A stretch of 64,000 nt of DNA from Desulfomonilia bacterium (GTDB taxonomy: Bacteria > Desulfobacterota > Desulfomonilia > UBA1062), in contig CAXXDQ010000003.1 in the NCBI GenBank assembly GCA_963664325.2, positions 320,001 to 384,000 of the forward strand, written 5' to 3'. A program made the position numbers and the translations under genes. Under the pieces are notes generated by a model. It did not search any database, had not been told where the DNA came from, and saw only the letters and a program-made list of their open reading frames with translations. This document shows, in pieces, positions 40,119 through 51,200 of the stretch (the first letter of the stretch is position 1; each line of letters starts with the position of its first letter).

Positions 40119-41468
40119 TTACTTTTCTTTAGCCATTTCTTCCGCGCGCAGTTTCATAAGCTGCTGCAGTGCGTCGCGGTCCTTCCTGATGTACCGCATG
40201 ATCATGAAGAATATAAGACCGCACGGAATCCACCAGAACACCGCGAAGTTCATCATCCCTAAATAGCCGGCGAGCGGCAGCATGAGACCGCCTATTGCAG
40301 GCCCGAAGCCCTTGCCGATGTTGTCGGTGATGTTGAAGCAGGCGAACACCGTACCCCTGTTTTCGGGGCGGTTGACGTTCATCAGTATGGCCCTGACGTT
40401 CGGTCCGGCTGCGGAAACAAAGAAGCCCGTTATGATTGCCAGTATAATATATAGCTGGTAGCCCCAGCCGGCTGGGTCGACGGGGATGTTTACCAGCATG
40501 AACGCCGGAATTGCGCCCAGGAGCACGCAGACGCCGCAGAAGGCCGGCATGTACTTGGGGTCTTTGTTGTAGAGCCATTCCCCGATATAGCCCGCTACAA
40601 GGCCTCCGATTGTCGCACCCACGCCAAGCATGGTTATAACGAAAGTGGCCTTTTCCTTGCTGATGTGCCTTACCTGCTCGAAGAAATATATTATCCAGAA
40701 GCTGAGTATGCCCCATGGAACAGTGCCCGGAAGCCCCTGGAGGAACGACCAGATATTGGTCCTGTTGGAGAAGACGTATTTGAAATCGCTCAGGTGTATC
40801 TTCTGCCTGTATTCAGCACCGGACTCGATCAGGTCTTCCAGCGCAGTTTCCTTCCTGCCGCGCTGAGGGTCTTTCGCATATATCGCAAAGATTATGGCAA
40901 TAGGGATGTTCGGCAGGGCAATCACTATGAATGGTACCCGCCAGCTGAGGCCGTAAAGATTCATGGGCGTCAGGAATCCGGCCGCCATCATTCCGAAGAG
41001 GATTCCAATTGCCCAGGCGACTCCCAGCCAGGCCGATGCCACTGCCCTGTTGTCCTCATGGAAATAATCCGACAGGAGAGAGAACGTCAGGGGAAATATG
41101 CCGCCAAGCCCGATGCCTGAAAGGATGCGCCACAAGGCGAACATCCCGATGTTTTTCGTAAGCGCCGGAATACCAGTCAGGATACAGGGGATTTCCCCGA
41201 TGAGGACAATCGCCACAAGCAGCCATTTGCGCGAGCCCTTGTCGGAAAAGTATCCGAAGATAATGCTCACGACTGCCCCGAGTATGGTGAACAGCGAGCC
41301 TATAAACCCCAGGGTGACGACACTTACTCCGTACTCCTTCTTCAGTTCGGTCAGTATCCCGGTCATGATGTTCGTATCCGCCTGAAGGAACACGAACATA
41401 AGCACCATCAGGCCCAGCGTTATCTTATCCCTAGCCGGCATCTTGGATTTTGTCATGGCACCTCCCAT
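40119..41468 (-). CDS. MFS transporter, probably for sugars
   Basis: about 12 TM, motif A GYFSDKGSRK, RILSGIGLGG; co-directional with GH36. Confidence 0.85.
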   Translation of the reverse strand: MGGAMTKSKMPARDKITLGLMVLMFVFLQADTNIMTGILTELKKEYGVSVVTLGFIGSLFTILGAVVSIIFGYFSDKGSRKWLLVAIVLIGEIPCILTGIPALTKNIGMFALWRILSGIGLGGIFPLTFSLLSDYFHEDNRAVASAWLGVAWAIGILFGMMAAGFLTPMNLYGLSWRVPFIVIALPNIPIAIIFAIYAKDPQRGRKETALEDLIESGAEYRQKIHLSDFKYVFSNRTNIWSFLQGLPGTVPWGILSFWIIYFFEQVRHISKEKATFVITMLGVGATIGGLVAGYIGEWLYNKDPKYMPAFCGVCVLLGAIPAFMLVNIPVDPAGWGYQLYIILAIITGFFVSAAGPNVRAILMNVNRPENRGTVFACFNITDNIGKGFGPAIGGLMLPLAGYLGMMNFAVFWWIPCGLIFFMIMRYIRKDRDALQQLMKLRAEEMAKEK

Positions 41469-41559
41469 TTTGTTAGTTTGTCATTACTCAAGTTTCGCAA
41501 CTCGAAAAAGGAGTAAAAGCCTGAAGTGAACAATCTAATATGTTCAAGTGATTTGAGCA

Positions 41560-41735
41560 ATCGGAATTTAGGCCAAGATTTTTGAGCAGGTTTTGTATTG
41601 AAGCCCTGAACAGGTAATAGAAGAAAGCTCAGTGCCTTTGACCATAGGTTATTTCTGCCGCTTTGTCTGAGAGATATTCAAACAGCTCGCCTTTTGCAGG
41701 CATCTTATCAGTATGATTGAGATAGACAAGCATTG
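41560..41735 (-). mobile_element. possible transposase C-terminal remnant (IS4/IS701-like)
   Basis: minus-strand MLVYLNHTDKMPAKGELFEYLSDKAAEITYGQRH*AFFYYLF resembles the C-terminus of DDE transposases; has an internal stop. Confidence 0.3.
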
Positions 41736-41759
41736 TGTCCCAATAAATTTCTATCTGTG

Positions 41760-42150
41760 GGGCGAAGACAAGCGCCGGTCAATCGAGTGGGTCATTCTGC
41801 GTCTGGTGAAGGCAGCAGCAAAGATCACCTTCCATGCGAAACGATGGCATGTGCGCGTCTCATCTGCTTTTCCGTTGCGGCATCACTACCGGTCGGTACT
41901 TGGTTGGCTGCATTGAAGTGGTTGCTTCGAGAAAAAGTTTGTTCGGAGATAAAGCTTGAACAGTCCAAGACGAAGATGTATGTTCAAATGAATTGATAAA
42001 GTGCTGCAACCAGGGGTTGCATGGTGGTTCGATAGGGTTTGGAGAGGTTTCAAGGACCTGTTATGGATTCAAACCAAGGTAAGGGCATAGGAAACGGGGG
42101 AAAAAGGTGTTAGCAAGTTATTCTTCAAGGAACTTGCCGCATAATTTGGG
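41760..42150 (+). mobile_element. IS1380-family remnant (transposase C-terminus and right end)
   Basis: SIEWVILRLVKAAAKITFHAKRWHVRVSSAFPLRHHY resembles the IS1380 Tnp C-terminus; end-like CCGCATAATTTGGG at about 42137-42150. Confidence 0.55.
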
Positions 42151-42387
42151 TTCGTTGAGTTATGCTGATTTTTACGTCAATGGCAGATTTATCTGAAGGG
42201 CTGTTGATATGCGGACGCTGGACTTGCGGCGCCTGCGGAAAATACTGGGTGCGGGATATCGGATGTGAAGGGGGATATGGCCAGAATCAAGCTCGCCGAG
42301 CTCACGGCAATCTAGGCAGGGAATGACGGGGGCGCTGGTGCGTTGACACGGCAAGACAGTCCATCTTGAGGACATAATAAAATCAAT

Positions 42388-43626
42388 ATGAAGAAGACAA
42401 AGACATTTTTCAATCGGACTCTATGGGGTTTCATCCTTCTCATGGCGCTGGCCGGCCTTCTTGTCTCCAGCTGCGGGAAAAAGGCATCTCTCCCTGGTAC
42501 GCAGACGCCGCAGGTGACCGTGATCAGGGTCGAGCCAAAGGACACCCCGGTGAGCGCGGAGTTCGTGGCGCAGACGCAGAGCTCCCACCAGGTGGAGATC
42601 AGGTCCAGGGTCGACGGGTTCCTCGACAAGCGGGAATATGTCGAGGGCAGCTTCGTCAAGGCTGGACAGGTGATGTTCAGGATGGACGCGAAGCCGTTCC
42701 AGGCGCAGGTGGAGGCCGCTGAGGGCGCACTTTCCCAGCAAAGGGCCCGGCACAACACGGCCAAGGCTGACCTCGCACGGGTCAAGCCTCTCGCAAAGAA
42801 GAACGCCCTTTCCCAGAAGGACCTTGACGATGCCACCGGAAAGGAGGAGGAGGCGGCCGCCTCGGTTCAGACTGCCAAGGCTGACGTCGATCAGGCTCGG
42901 ATCAATCTCGGCTACACCACCATCGCCACCCCTGTGTCGGGCCTGTCGAGCTATTCGCGGGTTCAGGAAGGCTCCTACATCAACATGCAGAACAGCCTCC
43001 TCACCTACGTATCGCAGATCGATCCCATGTGGGTATGCTTCAGCATGTCCGAGGACGACATGCTCAAGATGCGTGGCCAGGTGAAAAGCGGCAAGATCCG
43101 CCTGCCGAAGAACACCGAATACGAAGTCGAGATCACCCTTGCCGATGGCTCAAGCTTCCCAAATAAAGGGCGCATTACGTTCGCCGACGCCGAGTTCAAC
43201 CAGGAGACGGGCACCTTCCTCCTGCGTGCCACGATCCCAAACCCGGACAACGCGCTGAGGCCAGGCCAGTTCGTGCGGGCGCATATCCTGGGCGCGGTCA
43301 GACCGGGCGCGATCCTCGTGCCTCAGCGGGCCGTCCAGGAGGGAGCGAAGGGGCACTTCGTGTGGATCGTGGGCAAAGACAACAAGGCTGAAAACCGGCC
43401 CATCGAAGTCGGTGACTGGCAGGGCAACAGCTGGGTCGTCAACGAGGGGCTTCATTCCGGCGACCTCGTGGTCGTGGACGGCGGCCAGACGCTCGCGCCC
43501 GACAAGACGGTTGTCATCAAGGCCACCATCACGGACGATTCCCCGGCGCCTCCTGTCGCACTGCCGAAACCAGATAGTAAAAAGCCGGAGGCTGTTAATA
43601 GCCCTGGCCAGAACGGGAGAAGCTAG
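42388..43626 (+). CDS. RND membrane fusion protein 1 (lipoprotein)
   Basis: lipobox VSSC, VEIRSRVDG, EGSFVKAGQ, LRPGQFV. Confidence 0.92.
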   Translation: MKKTKTFFNRTLWGFILLMALAGLLVSSCGKKASLPGTQTPQVTVIRVEPKDTPVSAEFVAQTQSSHQVEIRSRVDGFLDKREYVEGSFVKAGQVMFRMDAKPFQAQVEAAEGALSQQRARHNTAKADLARVKPLAKKNALSQKDLDDATGKEEEAAASVQTAKADVDQARINLGYTTIATPVSGLSSYSRVQEGSYINMQNSLLTYVSQIDPMWVCFSMSEDDMLKMRGQVKSGKIRLPKNTEYEVEITLADGSSFPNKGRITFADAEFNQETGTFLLRATIPNPDNALRPGQFVRAHILGAVRPGAILVPQRAVQEGAKGHFVWIVGKDNKAENRPIEVGDWQGNSWVVNEGLHSGDLVVVDGGQTLAPDKTVVIKATITDDSPAPPVALPKPDSKKPEAVNSPGQNGRS

Positions 43627-43629
43627 CCC

Positions 43630-46600
43630 ATGTTCTCCAGGTTCTTCATAGAGCGCCCCATCTTTGCCACCGTCGTCTCCATCATCATCGTGATAGCGGG
43701 GCTCGTCGCAATCAAAGTTCTGCCTGTGGAGCAGTACCCCTCGATCACGCCGGTTCAGGTCACCGTGACCGCGCTTTATCCCGGCGCCGACTCTAAGACT
43801 GTGGGCGACTCGGTGGCGGCTCCAATCGAGGCCCAGATCAACGGTATCGACAACATGCTCTATATGACCTCCACCAGCTCCAACACGGGCCAGCTGACCA
43901 TCACGGTCTACTTCGACCTGGGTACCGATCCGGACGACGCCCAGGTGCAGGTGCAGAACAGGGTCAACCTGGCCCTGCCGACGCTGCCCGAAGCGGTGAC
44001 TAAGTACGGGGTGTCCGTGCAGAAGAAATCGTCCTCGATCCTGATGATCGTGGCCTTCTTCAACAAGGACGGCCGGTACAGCCAGGATTATGTGACCAAC
44101 TACACTAATGTCTACGTCCTCGACGCCGTCAAGCGGGTGAACGGCGCCGGCCAGGCGCAGATCTTCGGCATGCCCGATCAGGCCATGCGCATATGGATGA
44201 ACCCGGACAAGATGGCCGGGCTGGGAATCACCACCAGCGACATCCAGAACGCCGTGGCCAGGCAGAACGCCCTCTTTGGCGCCGGCCAGGTCGGCCAGCA
44301 GCCCATGGGCAAGGACGTACAGCTGACGTTCCCCGTGGTGACGCAGCCACCCTTCATGCAGCCCAAGGAGTACGAGAACATCATCCTGAAGTCCAGCCAG
44401 GACGGCAGCGCCATCGTGTGTTTGAAGGACGTGGCTCGGGCCGAGGTGGGCCGGAAGCAGTACATCGACTACAACCTGTTCAACGGCATCCCCGCTGCGT
44501 CCATCGCCATCTACCAGCAGCCCGGCGCCAACGGGCTCGAAGTTTCCAAAAACATCCGTAAGGTCCTCGCGGGCATGAAGTCCTCGATGCCCGAGGGCGT
44601 AGAATACGTCATAGCTCTGGACACCACGGATTTCGTGCGCATCTCCATCAAGGAGGTCGTCCACACTCTGTTCGAAGCCATCCTGCTCGTGATCCTCGTC
44701 GTCTATATCTTTCTGCAGAAGTTCCGGTCTACGATCATTTGTATAGTGGCGATCTTCGTGGCGCTCATCGGCGCCTTCGCCGGGATGCTCGCCATGGGCT
44801 TCTCCATCAACCTGCTCACGCTCTTCGGCATCGTGCTCGCAATCGGTATGGTGGTGGACGACGCTATCGTGGTGGTGGAGAACGTCGAGCGCAATATGAC
44901 CAAATTTAAACTCTCGGCCAGGGAGGCCACCATCAAGGCAATGGAGGAGATCAGCTCGGCGCTCATTGCCGTGGTGCTCGTCATGGCATCGATCTTCATC
45001 CCGGCAGCGTTCCTCCCCGGAACTACGGGCCAGCTCTACAAACAGTTCGCCGTCACCATCGTGATCTCCGTGACCATCTCGGGGTTCGTGGCGCTGACCT
45101 TAAGCCCGGCCATGTGCAGCCTCCTGCTCTCGCAAGGTGAGGCCAAACGAACGGGCCTCTTCAGCGTGCTGAACCGCTTCTTCGATTGGTTCAACCTGAA
45201 GTTCGAGCGCTTCACAGCGGGCTTCGGCGAAGCGGTGGTGCTCATGATCAAGCGTATGACCGTGGCATTCATTCTCCTTGGCTTCCTGATCTGGGCCCTC
45301 GTCCATCTGTTTCTCACCATACCTACGAGTTTCGTGCCCAACGAAGACCAGGGCTATGTTATGGCGCAGCTAGTCATGCCCGACGCCACGAGCTTTTCCC
45401 GTACGGTGGATACGGCCAGGAAAGTGGACGCCCTGTTTGCCCAGAACGAAGCGGTCCAGAACCGGACCACTGTGACCGGTTTCTCCCTCATCGACGGCCA
45501 GTACAAGCCGAACGCGGCCACCTTCTTCATGACATTCAAGGACTTCGAGGAACGCTACTCGTCCATCGCGAACGCTAAAAAAATGAACACCAAGGCCGTG
45601 CTCCTCGACGTATACGGAAAATCGCAAGCTATCAACACGGGCGTGTTCCTCCCGATCGCGCCGCCGCCCATCCCAGGCATCGGCACCACGGGAGGGTTCG
45701 AGTTCTGGATCCAGGACAAGGGGGGCGGCGATCCCGTGCGCCTGGGCGAGATCACCAAGCAGTTTATCGCCAAGGCCAAGGAAAGGCCTGAGTTATCCGG
45801 CCTGAACACCACCTTCCGCGCCTCCTCGCAGCAGCTCAAGGCCGAGGTCGACCGCGCGAAGTCGGTGCTCCTGAACGTTCCGATCGACGACGTGTACAGC
45901 GCCCTGCAGGCCCAGTTCGGCTCGATCCAGGTGAGTCAGTTCAACCAGTACAGCCGCGTATGGAACGTCATCCTCCAGTCCGACGCCCCTTACCGTCAGA
46001 CCCCTGAGGATATCACCCGCCTTTACACGAGGTCCAACACCGGCAAGATGGTCCCGCTCTCCGCTCTTGTGAAGACTAGTTATGTGACGGGGCCTGACCT
46101 CGTGCCGCACTTCAACGGATTCCCGGCAGCCCAGGTAACGGGCTCCGCAGCGACAGGCTACAGCTCGGGCGACGCGATCAAATCCATGGAGGATGTCGCC
46201 CAGCAGGTGCTGCCCGAAGGTTACGGCTTCGCCTGGTCGGGCATGGCCTATCAAGAGAAGAAGTCCGGGAGCACCTCGGCGATCGCCTTCCTGTTCGGCA
46301 TCATCATCGTCTTCCTCGTGCTTTCCGCGCAGTTCGAATCGTGGATCCTGCCCTGCTCGGTCCTGACGGCGGTGCCCTTCGGCATTTTCGGAGCCCTCGT
46401 CTTCAACTGGCTGCGGGGCCTCAACAACGACGTCTACTTCCAGATCGGCCTACTCGTGCTCATAGGGCTCGGCGCCAAGAACGCGGTGCTCAGAGTCGCA
46501 TTCGCTGTGGAGCTGAAGAAACAGGGGCTCTCGGTCATGGATGCGACCATCCAGGCGGGTGAGGAGCGCCTGCGGCCCATCATCATGACGTCGCTCGCCT

Positions 46601-46842
46601 TCATCCTCGGCGTTCTGCCGCTGGCCATTGCAACCGGCGCAGGTGCCAACGCACGCCACTCCATCGGCACCGGAATCATGGGCGGCATGATCGGCGAAAC
46701 CACACTGGCCATGCTCTACGTGCCGCTGTTCTTCTACATCTTCGATACACTTGCGGACCGTAAAAAGGAAAAGAAGAAAGTGTCCTCACCGCCGGGTGAG
46801 GCATCCAGCGGCTCTCCCGAACCGGGCAAAGGGGATACATAG
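43630..46842 (+). CDS. HAE1 RND efflux permease 1
   Basis: FFIERPIFA, VVDDAIVVVENVER, AKNA, RLRPIIMTSLAF. Confidence 0.95.
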   Translation: MFSRFFIERPIFATVVSIIIVIAGLVAIKVLPVEQYPSITPVQVTVTALYPGADSKTVGDSVAAPIEAQINGIDNMLYMTSTSSNTGQLTITVYFDLGTDPDDAQVQVQNRVNLALPTLPEAVTKYGVSVQKKSSSILMIVAFFNKDGRYSQDYVTNYTNVYVLDAVKRVNGAGQAQIFGMPDQAMRIWMNPDKMAGLGITTSDIQNAVARQNALFGAGQVGQQPMGKDVQLTFPVVTQPPFMQPKEYENIILKSSQDGSAIVCLKDVARAEVGRKQYIDYNLFNGIPAASIAIYQQPGANGLEVSKNIRKVLAGMKSSMPEGVEYVIALDTTDFVRISIKEVVHTLFEAILLVILVVYIFLQKFRSTIICIVAIFVALIGAFAGMLAMGFSINLLTLFGIVLAIGMVVDDAIVVVENVERNMTKFKLSAREATIKAMEEISSALIAVVLVMASIFIPAAFLPGTTGQLYKQFAVTIVISVTISGFVALTLSPAMCSLLLSQGEAKRTGLFSVLNRFFDWFNLKFERFTAGFGEAVVLMIKRMTVAFILLGFLIWALVHLFLTIPTSFVPNEDQGYVMAQLVMPDATSFSRTVDTARKVDALFAQNEAVQNRTTVTGFSLIDGQYKPNAATFFMTFKDFEERYSSIANAKKMNTKAVLLDVYGKSQAINTGVFLPIAPPPIPGIGTTGGFEFWIQDKGGGDPVRLGEITKQFIAKAKERPELSGLNTTFRASSQQLKAEVDRAKSVLLNVPIDDVYSALQAQFGSIQVSQFNQYSRVWNVILQSDAPYRQTPEDITRLYTRSNTGKMVPLSALVKTSYVTGPDLVPHFNGFPAAQVTGSAATGYSSGDAIKSMEDVAQQVLPEGYGFAWSGMAYQEKKSGSTSAIAFLFGIIIVFLVLSAQFESWILPCSVLTAVPFGIFGALVFNWLRGLNNDVYFQIGLLVLIGLGAKNAVLRVAFAVELKKQGLSVMDATIQAGEERLRPIIMTSLAFILGVLPLAIATGAGANARHSIGTGIMGGMIGETTLAMLYVPLFFYIFDTLADRKKEKKKVSSPPGEASSGSPEPGKGDT

Positions 46843-46981
46843 CGCGCGACGCTCTGTCATCCCCACAAAGCCTGCTCGAACATCTTGGCTTAAGTTCCGG
46901 TATTTTTCCTGATTTGGTTAAATTATTTAATTAAAGATACCGATAAACAACTTACTTATTGTTGTACGGGGAGGAAATAAT

Positions 46982-48199
46982 ATGAAGTCGAACGGAACTG
47001 ATATTTGTTTCACTACTTCATCCGGGCATATCGGATCCTATCTCGCAATATCGGTGATCTGCCTGACAGTGATCTTTGCGGGCGGCTGCGATAAATTTTT
47101 TAAAAAACCCCAGCCGAAGACCATGGGAAACGATGTTGTAGCGATAACGATAACCCAGAAAGATACACCTGTAACATTTGAACTGCTCGGACAGACCGAA
47201 AGTTCGCACAAGGTCGAAATAAGGGCGAGGATAGAAGGTTTCCTCGACAAACAGCTCTATGCTGACGGCTCTTATGTGAAGGCTAACCAGCCCATGTTTC
47301 TCATAGACCCCAAACCCTTCCAGGCCGCGCTTCAGGAGGCCAAAGGACAGCTTGCCGAACAAAAGGCCAGACACTGGACCGCGCAGGCGAACCTCAAGAG
47401 GGTAAAGCCCCTGGCTGCGAAGAACGCACTCAGCCAGAAAGATCTCGATGATGCGACCGGTCAGGAGCAGGAGGCCGCCGCAGCCGTCCTTGCAGCCGAA
47501 GGGCAGGTCAGGACAGCTGAGCTCAATCTTAGCTATACGAATATCTACTCACCGGTCGACGGGATTTCATCGAATGCACAGAAAATGACAGGAAGCTATA
47601 TTTCGGCCACTGACAGTCTTCTCACCTATGTGGCGAAACTGGACCCTATATGGGTGAACTCGAGCGTAAGTGAAAATGAATACCTGAGGCTTAGGAAATC
47701 GGCAGCTGAAAAGACCTTGATATTCCCGAAAGATGAAGCTTATGAGGTCGAACTGGTACTGGCTGACGGCTCTACTTATCCTATCAAAGGTCGCATGCTT
47801 TTTGCCGATCCCTCGTTCAGCCAGGAAACCGGCACGTTTATGGTCAGGGCTGAGATAGCCAATCCCCATCACATGCTCAAGCCCGGCCAGTTCGTCAGGG
47901 TGCACCTCAAGGGTGCGATCAAACCCAAAGCGATAAGCGTGCCAAGAAAATCGGTCCTTGAAGGTGCCAAAGGCAATTTCGTATGGGTTGTAGACAAGGA
48001 CAACAAGGCAGAGGTCAGGCAGGTCACTTTAGGACAATGGCAGGGTGATGATGTTTTCGTTGAATCCGGGTTGTTCCCGGGCGAAAGGGTCGTTACCGAC
48101 GGGATACAAAAGCTCTCAGACGGGATGGCCATCAAGATCGTCGACAAGCTGAAGTCCGATGGAGGGGGCGCTCAATCAAATACAGGCAGTTCCAAATAG
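46982..48199 (+). CDS. RND membrane fusion protein 2 (lipoprotein)
   Basis: AGGC lipobox-like, VEIRARIEG, LKPGQFV. Confidence 0.92.
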   Translation: MKSNGTDICFTTSSGHIGSYLAISVICLTVIFAGGCDKFFKKPQPKTMGNDVVAITITQKDTPVTFELLGQTESSHKVEIRARIEGFLDKQLYADGSYVKANQPMFLIDPKPFQAALQEAKGQLAEQKARHWTAQANLKRVKPLAAKNALSQKDLDDATGQEQEAAAAVLAAEGQVRTAELNLSYTNIYSPVDGISSNAQKMTGSYISATDSLLTYVAKLDPIWVNSSVSENEYLRLRKSAAEKTLIFPKDEAYEVELVLADGSTYPIKGRMLFADPSFSQETGTFMVRAEIANPHHMLKPGQFVRVHLKGAIKPKAISVPRKSVLEGAKGNFVWVVDKDNKAEVRQVTLGQWQGDDVFVESGLFPGERVVTDGIQKLSDGMAIKIVDKLKSDGGGAQSNTGSSK

Positions 48200-48214
48200 G
48201 CTGAGGAGATTTGT

Positions 48215-51200
48215 ATGTTCTCTAAATTCTTTATAGAGCGGCCAATATTCGCATCTGTCATCTCCCTTGTAATCGTCATCGCCGGGGGTGTCGCGATGTA
48301 CAACCTCCCGATAGCCCAGTACCCTGACATCACCCCGCCGTGCATAACGGTGTCGACAAACTATCCAGGGGCAAGCGCCGATGTCATCGCGAATAACGTC
48401 GCAGCGCCTATCGAGCTGCAGGTTAACGGTGTCGACAACATGATATACATGCAGTCCGCATCGTCGAGCACAGGCAGCATGAACCTCATGGTCTACTTCG
48501 ACATAGGCACCAACCCCGACATGGCACAGGTGAATGTCCAGAACCGCGTGAGCCTTGCCATGCCAATGCTGCCGCAGGCGGTCGCCAATCAGGGTGTCCA
48601 GGTGCAGAAGAAGTCCACATCGTTCATGATGATCATAGGCATCTATTCCCCTGACGGCAGATATGACCAGAACTATGTCGCGAACTATGCAAACCTTTAC
48701 GTGCTGAGCGCACTGCAGATGGTCAACGGAGCAAACCAGTCTTCGATCCTCGGTATGCCGAATTACGCCATGAGGATATGGCTCAAGCCCGACAGGATGG
48801 CTCAATTGGGGATTACCGCCACCGATGTCACGAGCGCCATTTACAACCAGAATCAGCAGTTCGCAGTCGGCAAGATAGGGGCTGCCCCTACCGATCATCC
48901 CGTCGAGCAGACATTCACCGTTTCCACTCAGGGCAGGCTCACGACCCCGGATGAATTCGAAAACATAATCATCCGTTCCAAAAAGAATGGCGCTATTGTG
49001 AGACTGAGGGATGTCGGCAGCGCCCAGCTCGGCGCCCAGGACTATTCAGTCAGGACCAAAATGAATGGCAAAACGGCGACCCTTATAGCCGTCTACCAGC
49101 AGGCCGGCGCAAATGCCATGGATGTCTCGAAACAGGTGAAAGAAACAATGGAAAAGCTCAAGAAGAGCTTCCCTGACGGCATCGACTACAAGATAGCGCT
49201 TGACTCCACAGAATTTATAAGGGCTTCCATCAAGGATGTCATCATAACATTCTTCATCGCCTGCGTGCTTGTCATCCTGGTCGTTTTCATATTCATCCAG
49301 AACGTAAAGGCGACAATAATCCCGATACTTGCCGTCCCCATATCCATAATCGGAACAGCAATCGGAATGATGCTGTTCGGCTTCTCGCTCAATATGCTCA
49401 CGCTGTTCGGGATGGTGCTCGCCATCGGTATCGTCGTCGACGACGCCATAGTCGTCATCGAAAACGTCGAGAGGAATATGGAGCAGAACAAACTGCCGCC
49501 GAAGGAGGCGGCCATAAAGGCCATGGAGGAGGTCTCCGGGCCTGTCGTCGCGATTGTGCTCGTTCTTTGCGCCGTGTTCCTTCCTGTCGCATTCCTTTCC
49601 GGCATGACCGGTCAGCTCTACAAGCAGTTCGCAATCACGATTGCCATATCGGTCGTGTTCTCGGGCATCATAGCGCTGACCCTATCGCCTGCCCTGGCAG
49701 CGATCCTTCTGAAACACAGGGAGGGGGAGAAGAAAGGCTTCTTCAAATGGTTCGAGGCCGGCTTCACAGGGTTCACCAACAGCTATGTCAGGGGCGTGGA
49801 AAAGATACTGAGCCGCAAGAAGATGGCGGTGATAATATTTCTTCTGGTCATAGCCGCTTCTGCGGCCATGTTCCTGCATATCCCCACCGGATTTGTTCCC
49901 CCAGAGGACCAGGGTTACCTCTTCGGCATATCGATGCTGCCTGACGCATCGAGCCTCGACAAGACCGAGGCCGTGGATGACCGCGCAGCTGAGGTTTTCA
50001 AAAGTCACCCGGCCGTTCAGGATGTGAGCGAATTCAGCGGCTACAGTCTTATCGACTCGCAGACAAAGACCAATGCAGGGGTCATCTTCGTTTCGCTCAA
50101 GGATTTCGAGAAAAGAAAAGGCCTGAAACTCTCCGCGAAGGCGGTGATGTTCAAGGCGAACAATGAATTCGTGACGTACAAGGATGCCATGGTCTTCCCA
50201 TCGAATCCCCCATCCATCCCGGGCCTCGGAAACATGGGCGGATTCCAGTTCTGGATATTGAACCAGGGCGAGGGTGATACGACAAAACTCGCAGCCGTGA
50301 CCCAGAAGTTCATAGAAGAGGCAAACAAGCAGCCGGAACTCTCCAAAGTCAACTCAACGATTAACCCGTTTTCGCAGCAGGTCTGGGTTGATGTCGACAG
50401 GGAGAAGGCCGAAAACCTCGGCGTCCCGGTCCAGGATGTCTATCAGACCCTGCAGATATTCTTCGGCAGCGTCTATATCTCTCAGTTCACCAAGTTCAGC
50501 CGTCTCTGGCAGGTGATTGTCCAGGCAGAGTCCAAGTACCGGCTGAAGCCCGAGGATCTGGGCCAGGTTTATGTACGCTCCAACGACAACAAGATGGTTC
50601 CTATGAAGGCGCTGATAACGACGAAATATTATTCAGGCCCTGATATTATGAACCGCTTCAACAATTTCCCTGCGGCCAGCATCATAGGCGGCGCAGCCAC
50701 CGGCCACAGCTCAGGCGAGGCAATCGCCGCGATGGAACGAGTGGCCAAACAGGTCCTGCCTCAGGACTTCTCTTTTGCATGGGAAGGCGAGGCGTTCGAA
50801 CAGAAGAAGGCCAGCTCGGCGTCCTCAATGGTGTTCGTCTTCGGGCTTGTCATGGTGTTCCTCATACTTGCGGCCCAGTATGAAAAATGGTCTCTCCCCT
50901 TCGGTGTGCTGATGGCGGTTCCGTTTGCGCTCTTCGGCGCCCTTCTGGCGATTCTCTTAAGGGGGACCGAAAACGACATATATTTCCAGATAGGCCTTCT
51001 AACTCTTATCGCACTTGCAGCGAAGAACGCGATCCTTATCTTCGAATTCGCCGTGGACCAGATGAAAGCAGGCATGAGCGTAAGGGAGGCGGCCCTGACT
51101 GCAGCAAGGCTGAGGATCAGGCCGATCGTCATGACATCGATCGCCTTCGTGCTCGGATGCGTTCCGCTTGCTGTAGCCAGCGGCGCATCAATGAACAGCA

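Noticed and set aside
43150-44664. 504-aa minus-strand ORF and other long antisense ORFs in 42-52 kb
   Set aside because: Shadow frames of high-GC3 RND genes; no motifs or SD
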